In this document: piece by piece, positions 26,363 through 35,052 of the stretch | Layout: each line of letters starts with the position of its first letter | Numbering within the stretch: the first letter of the stretch is position 1 | IMG/VR virus record: IMGVR_UViG_3300006483_000017 | Coordinates: 1-37,410 of that record | DNA length: 37,410 nt | Strand: one strand, 5' to 3' | Source of the DNA: a virus | Lineage: Duplodnaviria; Caudoviricetes | The notes under the pieces: model-generated | Told to the model about the DNA's origin: nothing | Seen by the model: the letters and a program-made list of their open reading frames with translations, nothing else | Databases searched by the model: none | Program-made: the position numbers and the translations under genes

Positions 26363-26803
26363 ATGGTAAACGTATACGAAAATGGAGAAATAATAGCAGA
26401 TGTGGACTACAATACGAATTTAGACGTTTGGAATGGTCAAAATTGGCAGTCTGGAGGTACAGGGAAACACCGAGGCCTTACACGCTTAGAAGATGGAAGG
26501 TTCGTATTGATTTACGGTTCGGACTGGCAGGGAGTAGAAGACTATGCAGAAGTAATCAGTGAAGATGAAGCTTTGCAGGAAATATTGAAATCAAGAAATT
26601 TAGATCTGTTAGATGAGTTTGATTTAAGAGAAATGTATGAACAGAAATTAGTCAAAGAAAAGAAAACATGGAGTACAAAAAGCATTAAAGTGAATGAAGA
26701 AATATATGACAAATTAACGTCATTCAAAGAAGGAAATGATAGTTATAACGATGTAATTTCTAGAATGATGACGTTGACTGAGCGATTATTAAATGAAAAT
26801 TAA
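26363..26803 (+). CDS. Hypothetical protein with C-terminal archaeal VapB-like RHH domain
   Basis: RBS AGGAGG; TKSIKVNEEIYDKLTSFK..DSYNDVISRM. Confidence 0.8.
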   Translation: MVNVYENGEIIADVDYNTNLDVWNGQNWQSGGTGKHRGLTRLEDGRFVLIYGSDWQGVEDYAEVISEDEALQEILKSRNLDLLDEFDLREMYEQKLVKEKKTWSTKSIKVNEEIYDKLTSFKEGNDSYNDVISRMMTLTERLLNEN

Positions 26804-26815
26804 TTCTCTTTTTTT

Positions 26816-26870
26816 TTACTTCTTCGCAACAAAGACATACCACGATTTCCGGCTGACTAACCTGACACCT
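26816..26870. repeat. 55-bp direct repeat, copy 2 (functional endolysin 3' end)
   Basis: See copy 1; the two copies are 856 bp apart. Confidence 0.95.
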
Positions 26871-27583
26871 GTCATAAATTCATTGTATGTGAAAGATAGT
26901 AAGAAACTCCTAGCCGGGTCATTCACCTTTATAATCTTATTTTTTGTGTCTATCAGGACCGGCATTACCCAGTGTTCATAAGTACCAGTGTAATATTTTT
27001 TCCATCCTGATCCATCCGTCCTGATGAGAACAGCCACACTATGACTGGGGTCAGCCATGTACTTGCCTATTGTGTTCACGGCGTTGGTTTCACTGCCGAA
27101 GTCACTTGTTTTATATGTATCACACCGTGACTTCTTATATCCTGATTCTTTTAATTTCCTGAGAACACCGCTGATAAGGTCCTCAGGATTAGTTCCATGA
27201 GTTCCGGTCCGACAATACCGATCCATCTCAGCCTCATTAGTCCTGATTCCCCAAGTGGATAAAATATTCGCAGCAGTAGTCGATCCGCAACTGTATTTAT
27301 CGGACTGATCATATTCAGTGTATTTCTGTTCCCGGTAAACTCCATCCCATACAGGCTGTGATGCTACTCCATATCTCACCTTTGGTTTGGGTTTGCCCTT
27401 ATTCGCAGGGTCATCAATCCATTTCTGCACTCTTTTATTAGCATCCTCATATTCTGCTGGTGTGAATTTTTCCCCTGCAATGGTTACATAGTTTGGTTTA
27501 TCTCCGTTATGGGTGATCATCCAGCGAAGTATCCGCTCTGATGCGTCCAGATGCTCCTCCCAAGTAGCATTATGATACGCCAT
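26816..27583 (-). CDS. Endolysin: C39-family (PeiR-like) pseudomurein endoisopeptidase with pseudomurein-binding-like N-terminus
   Basis: Q..YSCG, HWV and NDPA motifs; N-terminal KPNYVTI; last gene of the late operon. Confidence 0.8.
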   Translation of the reverse strand: MAYHNATWEEHLDASERILRWMITHNGDKPNYVTIAGEKFTPAEYEDANKRVQKWIDDPANKGKPKPKVRYGVASQPVWDGVYREQKYTEYDQSDKYSCGSTTAANILSTWGIRTNEAEMDRYCRTGTHGTNPEDLISGVLRKLKESGYKKSRCDTYKTSDFGSETNAVNTIGKYMADPSHSVAVLIRTDGSGWKKYYTGTYEHWVMPVLIDTKNKIIKVNDPARSFLLSFTYNEFMTGVRLVSRKSWYVFVAKK

Positions 27584-27585
27584 TT

Positions 27586-27738
27586 TTATATTGCCTCCCA
27601 GAATGTTAGTAAAAAGAATCCGAATAGTAGTAGTAGTGTCCAGTATACGATTGTCTTGTTTAATGCTGTTGCTATGTTGCTGAATCCTAAAAAAAAGAGA
27701 TAAATTAATACTATTATGAATCCTAATTTAACAATCAC
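27586..27738 (-). CDS. Holin candidate (50 aa, two TM; not in ORF track)
   Basis: (M)IVKLGFIIVLIYLFFLGFS..IVYWTLLLLFGFFLLTFWEAI; stops 2 bp before the endolysin ATG. RBS is weak or distant. Confidence 0.55.
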   Translation of the reverse strand: MIVKLGFIIVLIYLFFLGFSNIATALNKTIVYWTLLLLFGFFLLTFWEAI

Positions 27739-27781
27739 ACTGTTGCCTAATCAGACCACACTCCCAAAAAAAAGAAGGTTT

Positions 27782-29410
27782 TCAGGATCCATGATTGATC
27801 CTGTTCTCAATCAAACTAGTATCAACTTCCACAGTACCCTCTGAATTGGTGGCTGATATTCTCAGTATGGCCTGCATGGCCTTATCAGACTTATAACCCA
27901 ATTTTAGGGGTAGATTCGTGTCTGCCTGATCAGGCAAAGTATAACTTGCCAGGGGTGTTGCCTCTGAATCAATCAAGGGGTCTGATGTGGGGTCAATGAG
28001 TTCTATTTTCACCTCACCACCAGTGAAACTTTTATTAACAAGGGCTTGCCATCTATTCGTTTTATACGCTGCCAAGAGCATTGGGAAGTCACGGAACACC
28101 GGATAATCAGCACTTTCACAATTAAAAATTAGGTGTCCCCGGATTGGATCACCTGAAAGATCGGTGTCCGTTTCAATCGTTCCACCCTTACACCAAGCCT
28201 TATAGTTTCCAGGGATTTGATTATGATCAAAAGATTCTACTATATCTGTTATTTGAGCGTTTGATGGGATAGACATCGAAGTATTACTAAATTCTGAATT
28301 ATAGAAATTAATATGTTTACAATTTGTTCCAAGAGAAGGAGCATTCTTAATTTTACAATCAATACAAGTAATATCTGCGCAGATATACATTGCTCTTGAA
28401 GAACTCTTTAGATTCTGCATTACAGAATCAATAATAGTAATATTCGCTGATGTATTAACAATAGAATTACAACTTATTAAAGCACAGTTTTCAACCATAA
28501 GTTTATTGCATGAATTTTTAGCAAGCTGTGTGCCACTTGATCTTGAATAAATCGTACAATTTTTTATTTTATACCCATGGTATGTTTGAATATAAAAGAA
28601 GGGGGTACTATTTGTATAAGTACAATAATTTGTAGGCATTTGTGATGGATTGGGGGGGTTTTCATACAAGGTAAACATGAACTGGTCAAATAATGCCCCT
28701 TCTGCACGATTAAAATAACCTTGATAGAATGCACTTGGCTTATTTGTAGATTTAACAGTAATTGGGCGTGTAAACATAGCTACAACATCACCCTCAAGCC
28801 TATTGGATGCCAATGCCGGATTTATTGTAACTACTTTGTTTACTGAATCATAATCTGTTACTGTGTACCTTCCTTTAGGAGTTTCAGTTATCCAATCATT
28901 TATTGTTTCTTGTCCGATTATAATCTCGTCTCCTTCTTGAATGTCAATATGATCATTTAAATGTATTTCAGTAGTTCCAATTGCATGATTTCCAATAATA
29001 AAAGTATAATTTGGTGTTTCTGGAATCCAACCACACAAATATATTTTATTTGTACCTGACATTGCGGATGCGGCAGTTGTTACTTCCCCCGTAAAATGTA
29101 AGGTTGCCAATGATGTTGAACTACCTAATGGTGCCCTTAAAATAGGATTATCATCAGTTCCAACATTTAATATACCATTTCCTTGTATTTTTCCACTCCA
29201 TTTCAAATAGGTTACAGAATCATGTTTGAAATTTAAAATACCATTAATAGTCAAATCAACTAATCCTGTTGCGAACCCTGATTGATCAACATCGAATAAA
29301 ACAGTATGCCCTTCTGCTATTATTACAGTATCCCCATTCACTGGAACGCCACTATCCCATGTTCCCGCGGTTCCCCAATTCCCTGATTGTATGCTTGTTA
29401 TTGTTGCCAT
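27782..29410 (-). CDS. Adhesin/tail spike with G8-like N-terminus and beta-helix
   Basis: SGNW..TW..VP..GDTVII..GHTV (G8-like); Cys/Asn/Ile-rich beta-helix rungs. Confidence 0.7.
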   Translation of the reverse strand: MATITSIQSGNWGTAGTWDSGVPVNGDTVIIAEGHTVLFDVDQSGFATGLVDLTINGILNFKHDSVTYLKWSGKIQGNGILNVGTDDNPILRAPLGSSTSLATLHFTGEVTTAASAMSGTNKIYLCGWIPETPNYTFIIGNHAIGTTEIHLNDHIDIQEGDEIIIGQETINDWITETPKGRYTVTDYDSVNKVVTINPALASNRLEGDVVAMFTRPITVKSTNKPSAFYQGYFNRAEGALFDQFMFTLYENPPNPSQMPTNYCTYTNSTPFFYIQTYHGYKIKNCTIYSRSSGTQLAKNSCNKLMVENCALISCNSIVNTSANITIIDSVMQNLKSSSRAMYICADITCIDCKIKNAPSLGTNCKHINFYNSEFSNTSMSIPSNAQITDIVESFDHNQIPGNYKAWCKGGTIETDTDLSGDPIRGHLIFNCESADYPVFRDFPMLLAAYKTNRWQALVNKSFTGGEVKIELIDPTSDPLIDSEATPLASYTLPDQADTNLPLKLGYKSDKAMQAILRISATNSEGTVEVDTSLIENRINHGS

Positions 29411-29415
29411 GACTA

Positions 29416-29844
29416 TCACTTACCTTCTTCAACCCTAACCCCTATATCAGCAGTACCACTACCCACTTTACCATAAAACAGGACAGTTTCACCAGCATCA
29501 TAGGCCGGACTTTCCTCTCCAGGCTCCAAAGTACGGAAAACCACACCCTCACTATCACAAAGTAGTATATCGACTAGGTCTTCATTTCTGAATCGGATCC
29601 ACTTCCGACCAGTTAAGGGTGTGGTGGGCAGTGCTGTGGGGTCTGTGTCTAATGTGATTAATGTTCCACGTGGTATTGTACTGATCGTAGTGTTACCCAC
29701 CACCACATAAGGACCCATGTTGTTTCCTTCCACTTCATTAGGCCTACCACCCGCTTCTAAGTTTCTATATCCCATAACCAACCTACCATCATCATCAACC
29801 AATACAAAACGGGATTTACCTTCACTATTCCTACCTCTTATCAT
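29416..29844 (-). CDS. Putative virion/fibre-associated protein
   Basis: VLVDDDGRL, LPTTPLTGRK; RBS GGAGGT. Confidence 0.6.
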   Translation of the reverse strand: MIRGRNSEGKSRFVLVDDDGRLVMGYRNLEAGGRPNEVEGNNMGPYVVVGNTTISTIPRGTLITLDTDPTALPTTPLTGRKWIRFRNEDLVDILLCDSEGVVFRTLEPGEESPAYDAGETVLFYGKVGSGTADIGVRVEEGK

Positions 29845-30070
29845 GCTATTCTTACCTCCCTAAAAAAAAATTCTTTGTCTTATTACTATTTTCATCCCTC
29901 CCTCCATTCTTTTTCCCTTAAAAAAAGGAATGAGGGGGTGGATTAATTAATTGAATGAGTATCAATACTCAAATACAAGGAAACAAATTCAACAAAAAAA
30001 AACCTAAAAAAAAATTAATTTTTATAGAAAAAGAATATAATTAAGATCCAATCTTCTGTATAACACTTTT

Positions 30071-30274
30071 TCAACTGAAAGAAGATTTATTTTCCTCTCC
30101 CTCTGGCCTAACAAGATATACGGGCTCCCCATCCACAATTACTTTGTAATTATTCACATCTTTAGTTTTTAATAATTCAACAACCATTTGACTGTCTTTT
30201 AAGATTTCTTTAAGATTTTCCCCTTCTAAAAATTTATCCGGGTTCTTTTTTACTTCTTTTACATCAATTTTCAT
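30071..30274 (-). CDS. Hypothetical protein
   Basis: RBS AGGAG; follows the tail gene block. Confidence 0.6.
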   Translation of the reverse strand: MKIDVKEVKKNPDKFLEGENLKEILKDSQMVVELLKTKDVNNYKVIVDGEPVYLVRPEGEENKSSFS

Positions 30275-30286
30275 AAAAAAAACTCC

Positions 30287-31060
30287 TTATTTTAAGCTTA
30301 TAGGGGGAGACCATCCCATTATGTTATAAAAAATTGAAATGCCCCCGTTAAACTGTTGTCCGTCAGTTCTCCAGAAAACAACATCAAAACTATCATCCCT
30401 TATAGCATTTACTCTTGCAACGTAACCCCCTGCAATGAGAGGAGTAAGTGTTGGATAATAAAATCTGTATTCGTGTATTAAATTTACTGTGCCCATCCCA
30501 TAATAATCTGTTCCATCTGAATAAGCATTACAAATACCCGCCTCTATAGTTGGTACTAGAGGGATATCTTTTTCAACACTGGGATAAATAAAAGAACGTA
30601 CATTCCAAGCATTGGTTACTAACATTCCAATATAATCAACAGCAACATATTTATCAACTTCAACTGAAGGACTGCTTCTTACAATAATTCTATATTCGTT
30701 ATTTTCGTGAAAATAAGCCTTCCCTATTCCATTTCCACTTCTATATGAAATATCATCTTGAAATTCTGCTGATACTTTATGTACGCCTTCATTTCCTTCC
30801 TCATCTCTCCATAAATATTCCACCCGCACTTGGTCTGCTTTTGATGAATTAGTCTCCCATCTCAGTAATAGGGTATGAAGCCCGACCCAAGCATTATTGA
30901 CACTCCATCCAGTATCCATTATTTCCTTATTTGGGCCGTATACAATTGCATATTCCCCGGTTCGTGCGTCTTCCTTTTGAAGGATGGTGGCGTCTTTTCC
31001 AATATAATAGCTGGCGTCTATAATGTTAAAAATGTTCCTTGCAATCCCCTCAGTATCCAT
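30287..31060 (-). CDS. Tail-tip/fibre protein (putative)
   Basis: Beta-rich; abuts the upstream tail gene. Confidence 0.55.
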   Translation of the reverse strand: MDTEGIARNIFNIIDASYYIGKDATILQKEDARTGEYAIVYGPNKEIMDTGWSVNNAWVGLHTLLLRWETNSSKADQVRVEYLWRDEEGNEGVHKVSAEFQDDISYRSGNGIGKAYFHENNEYRIIVRSSPSVEVDKYVAVDYIGMLVTNAWNVRSFIYPSVEKDIPLVPTIEAGICNAYSDGTDYYGMGTVNLIHEYRFYYPTLTPLIAGGYVARVNAIRDDSFDVVFWRTDGQQFNGGISIFYNIMGWSPPISLK

Positions 31061-32758
31061 TTATATCACCTCATAGGCATAACTCAAATTGTTGATTCTG
31101 AAATTGCAGTTTCTATCTCCCTGGAGATATAATCCAAGCCGCAACCCTTGATAGCGGTCTACTCCGTTCATTCCTAGCTCCAAATTATCCTTTACGCTGA
31201 CTGGGATTTCGTTAGTCCTATATGTGTCGGTGTTTATCTCTTTTATCTCTAAACTTGCGTCGGATGGGTCTACCCAACTAGCCGGGATAGTGAAATATCC
31301 GAAAAGATCATTTTCACTGGTAACCTCAAGTGGTATTGGTGTCCCACCCTCTGCTGTTCCACCTATCCCTGAAACTGTTACGTTTGGTTGGGTTTTATGA
31401 ATTGAAAGGTTGTCAAACGTTGCTACTCCATTGTATCCGCAACCTACACCATAATTAGTAGGAGTGGACCCGTTATAACTGTAAGATTCGTTTATTATGA
31501 GGGTTTCATCAATATATAACTGGAATCGTGACCCGGTATCTATAATTGTACAGTGATATACTTTGCCTGTGGGTATTTTCCCGGAAAGCCATGTAGCAAT
31601 TTTTATTGTGGTTGCTGAGCCGGCCTCGGATTTCCTGAATTGTATAGATGTATTGCTTCCATTCCAATAAGCATAGGCCCTTATCATATCATTTATTCCG
31701 GCTCTTTTCCACCATAAATCTATCCAAGGGGCATAGGTGCCACTGCCAGGACTTTTCAATTTAAAATCAAATTCAGCCCTATAATTAGTTACAAGCCCTG
31801 ATGGGATGCCGGTATAGGCAAAAGATTCCGTTGTATCTCCACCCGTAACGTTCATAGAATAATTTCCACTAATAGGACTTCCCGACTCAATACTAGGGGT
31901 ACAGTTCACGCTACCCCAATTACTGTAAGGATGGCTTCGTCCACTGACCTTTCCATCCTCCCAATTATCAAATTTATTAGCCACAGTAAACATATTTCCT
32001 TGATAAGTCGCAGAGGGTTTAGTATAGTACACATATATGGTTCTAGACTCTCCCACGCCAAGATTAGGCACGATGACGGTAAAAACAGCCATTGAACTTG
32101 AAATATAATACTCTCGTCCATAGCATAGAAGAGTTTTCCCATCACTATCACAAAATCTTAAATCACTAAAATCACTATTCATAGTAAGATAAGGCACTAC
32201 AATTCTAGCTCGATATTCTGAGTAGTCGTTAGATGAATTATTTGTTATTGTGTACCTTCTTCGACCATTCCAATCACCTAAGAAGTTTTTAACAAGATTT
32301 ATTGACTCAAAGTAGAGCCATTTTCTAGGGAGCCACAACATCACCTTTCCACTAGTTCCGATAACGCCTTTTTTCTTGAATGAAGGTTTAGACCGGTTGT
32401 TATATAAGTCAAAGTATATTTCCCCAGTGGTTGGAGTTGCTGGAATGCTCGTTATTGCCTGTTGGCCGATTACCTCAAGACTCCCGTCTAAGAGGATTCC
32501 TTCAAGTGTAAACCATGCTTGAAATATGTCAGGGACCTCGCCCCGATTGTAAGTGTAATTCAGCTTTATATTGTTCCACGCGAAATTGTCGGTAATTGGC
32601 GGTGCAATATTATGACTGAAATATGCGTCCTGTTCTCCCTCTATATCGGGATTTGGATTATATATGACACCTTCTTGGTCACTGAAGGCAATATTCGCAT
32701 ATTCCTGGTCTTTCTGTACTATTTGGCCTCCCGGCACTTGAACTATTGTTACTGCCAT
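31061..32758 (-). CDS. Tail protein with DUF2341 and ConA/lectin-like domains
   Basis: W..RR..TI..MNSDFSDLRF..LL.Y..IYVYY (DUF2341-like); LYID..FDNLSI (ConA-like). Confidence 0.75.
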   Translation of the reverse strand: MAVTIVQVPGGQIVQKDQEYANIAFSDQEGVIYNPNPDIEGEQDAYFSHNIAPPITDNFAWNNIKLNYTYNRGEVPDIFQAWFTLEGILLDGSLEVIGQQAITSIPATPTTGEIYFDLYNNRSKPSFKKKGVIGTSGKVMLWLPRKWLYFESINLVKNFLGDWNGRRRYTITNNSSNDYSEYRARIVVPYLTMNSDFSDLRFCDSDGKTLLCYGREYYISSSMAVFTVIVPNLGVGESRTIYVYYTKPSATYQGNMFTVANKFDNWEDGKVSGRSHPYSNWGSVNCTPSIESGSPISGNYSMNVTGGDTTESFAYTGIPSGLVTNYRAEFDFKLKSPGSGTYAPWIDLWWKRAGINDMIRAYAYWNGSNTSIQFRKSEAGSATTIKIATWLSGKIPTGKVYHCTIIDTGSRFQLYIDETLIINESYSYNGSTPTNYGVGCGYNGVATFDNLSIHKTQPNVTVSGIGGTAEGGTPIPLEVTSENDLFGYFTIPASWVDPSDASLEIKEINTDTYRTNEIPVSVKDNLELGMNGVDRYQGLRLGLYLQGDRNCNFRINNLSYAYEVI

Positions 32759-32760
32759 TT

Positions 32761-35034
32761 TTAATATCTCTCCCTTATGAATGCTCCAAGACCTGAAAGG
32801 CTCATATTGTTTAATACGCTTCTGCTGTACATTGAATCGCTGTGTTTATTTAGGAATTCATTCATTTTTTTATCTATTTTTACCATTATTTGGTCATAAT
32901 AACTACCCGGCCGATTTACACTAATTCTAGTGATATATCCACCCTCCCGGCTGATTGTATGGGTAGCTGTCTTAGTGCTGTAATTTCCTTGAAGGTACTC
33001 TTTCTGTATCGATGCAACAATGTATTGACTAGGATTTAAAAGGGTTGTTCCTTTCATTTCTAATGTGAATGAAACAATGGGGTAACTATTTTCTTCAACA
33101 AACCGCCTTCCAAGTACCTCTGCATCTGTCTTTTTGCTAACATCTGTTCGGTCCTCATAATGTTCCCAAGCTCCAGGCCCATATCTTGGTACGCTGTCAA
33201 TATTTTCAATATAGGATGCGCCCGTTTTTTCGTTTTGGCCTTCTTTATAGTGATAATGGCTGTAAATGGCGTTTCTAATATTTTCTTTAGGGTCATAGGA
33301 TTTGTCGGTTATATTCAAAATATTTACGCCTTCAACTAAATCTACCGGCGCTTTTTCATTCATTTCTGGCGCAATACAAAGAACATCCTCCCTTCTTTCT
33401 CGCCCATAATCCACATATCCAACAAAGCCCATTTCTGTAAGGATTTCACTTAAAACATCATAAGGATAACTTGTTTCCTGATTAACCTTCATTTTCACAT
33501 TTAAGTCTTTATCGTACATTATCAGGGATAATATGTGAAAAACGCTACTTTCTCGTCTTCTTACTTGTTGTAAACTGGCTGTGTCCACTAATTCAATTTT
33601 AGTAACATAATAATTGCTTGATGGTGCGTATTTATCAAAGGCCGCTTTTAAATCAAATTTCAGTAATTGCTCCGTTCCATCAAGAACCGGAGTAGCCTGA
33701 CCTATTACCCTAGTAGCTCCTTGCTTTCCCGTCCAAAGAATAGTATAAGTTAATGCTTGTGTAGGGTTCTGGCCTGCTTTATACATCGATACTTGAATAT
33801 TGAATTGAACCCGGTTACTTTCCCCGCAACTTTCACCTGCTGCAAGGTATTTAATACAGAGCATATCATGAATTGCGGCATCAACAGGGCCGGCAGGATT
33901 GTTAAATAATACTCCGCTGCAATTTAAATCTGGTGTAACACCGCAATGGTCCGGATTAAGCGTATGTGAATATCCTAATCTTAACCCTGTGGATGGGCTG
34001 TAATCCTTTTCAAACCCTGAAACTGCAACTGTCTCATAATCGTTTAATAATCTATAATCCATGTCCAATGCATAGGGATAAATAATTCCATAACTCAACG
34101 GGCTATATTCGCTGGTTTCGTTTGTATATCTGATTGCTTCAAGCGCACTGCCAAATTTTATCATCGGAAACGTACAAGTTTCATCACTTGCAGGCGCCAC
34201 TCCAATATAGTAATTAGTATAAACAGGCCTTCGGTAGAGGTCTAATAACCTATCCGCACAGGAGAGGGTTATTTCACTTCCATCATCCGCCTCGTCATAT
34301 CCAATAATGTAGCCGCCAAATTTAACTTTGGCATTTCCCCAATGGTCGCTATCCCCTACGATAATATTCACCATATCCAGATAATCAAAGTGTTTCCGGC
34401 TGAATATGTTTTGATTGGGGTCATTCCATGATTCATTCATGCTTAAAGTTATTTCAGCACTGTTTAGGTCTCCTATTGCATTTTCCGTAAATTCTATCTC
34501 CTTCCAATCCAAACGATAGTTAGAATCCTTTTCTTCGCTGCTGAAATATTCTAAACGATACATTAATAATTGTTCTACCCATGTACGCTTTCCGTTTAAG
34601 TAAATTTTAAATTGATGAGTCCCTTCTTCCAGGTCGAGATAGCCAAAATCAAGAAATTTGTAATGAATCCATTGGCCATAAGCGGAAAAAGTGTTTATCA
34701 TTTTTCCATCAATTTCTAATCCAATAGTGTTAGAGGTACTTTCAGGTGTTTTGTTAATCCGTAGAAGAATCCAATACTTTCCACCTTTTTTAATATTGAT
34801 ACTTTTACTTAGATTCCCACTAGTAAGATTCCTTCCTTTGTGTAATCCAACGACTGTATATCCCTTGTTTGGTTGGTCGTAAATATCCCTATGTGATTTA
34901 ATCCATTCAGTGGCTCTTGACACATATATATTAGCAGGGTCCCTTCTATACATCTCTACTTTAACGTAGGGCTGTTCTGTGTGAACCTCCTCTGGAGTGC
35001 TGAATAATGTGGGTTGGAATTCGGCTTTAATCAT
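32761..35034 (-). CDS. Baseplate hub / tail-tip protein with inserted carbohydrate-binding-like modules
   Basis: FGGYI..ITLSCAD hub-like motif; GKYWI..LEEGTHQFKI CBM-like segment; position after TMP and the distal tail gene. Confidence 0.65.
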   Translation of the reverse strand: MIKAEFQPTLFSTPEEVHTEQPYVKVEMYRRDPANIYVSRATEWIKSHRDIYDQPNKGYTVVGLHKGRNLTSGNLSKSINIKKGGKYWILLRINKTPESTSNTIGLEIDGKMINTFSAYGQWIHYKFLDFGYLDLEEGTHQFKIYLNGKRTWVEQLLMYRLEYFSSEEKDSNYRLDWKEIEFTENAIGDLNSAEITLSMNESWNDPNQNIFSRKHFDYLDMVNIIVGDSDHWGNAKVKFGGYIIGYDEADDGSEITLSCADRLLDLYRRPVYTNYYIGVAPASDETCTFPMIKFGSALEAIRYTNETSEYSPLSYGIIYPYALDMDYRLLNDYETVAVSGFEKDYSPSTGLRLGYSHTLNPDHCGVTPDLNCSGVLFNNPAGPVDAAIHDMLCIKYLAAGESCGESNRVQFNIQVSMYKAGQNPTQALTYTILWTGKQGATRVIGQATPVLDGTEQLLKFDLKAAFDKYAPSSNYYVTKIELVDTASLQQVRRRESSVFHILSLIMYDKDLNVKMKVNQETSYPYDVLSEILTEMGFVGYVDYGRERREDVLCIAPEMNEKAPVDLVEGVNILNITDKSYDPKENIRNAIYSHYHYKEGQNEKTGASYIENIDSVPRYGPGAWEHYEDRTDVSKKTDAEVLGRRFVEENSYPIVSFTLEMKGTTLLNPSQYIVASIQKEYLQGNYSTKTATHTISREGGYITRISVNRPGSYYDQIMVKIDKKMNEFLNKHSDSMYSRSVLNNMSLSGLGAFIRERY

Positions 35035-35052
35035 TTAAAAATAACACCCCAT

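Noticed and set aside
25960..26870. 55-bp repeat as a DGR template/variable pair (on the coding strand both mismatches are A in the detached copy and G in the gene)
   Set aside because: Only two differences, both synonymous transitions; the repeat is short; there is no reverse transcriptase in the genome; the target is not a lectin/Ig-type domain. Reconsider only if reads show A-specific hypervariation.
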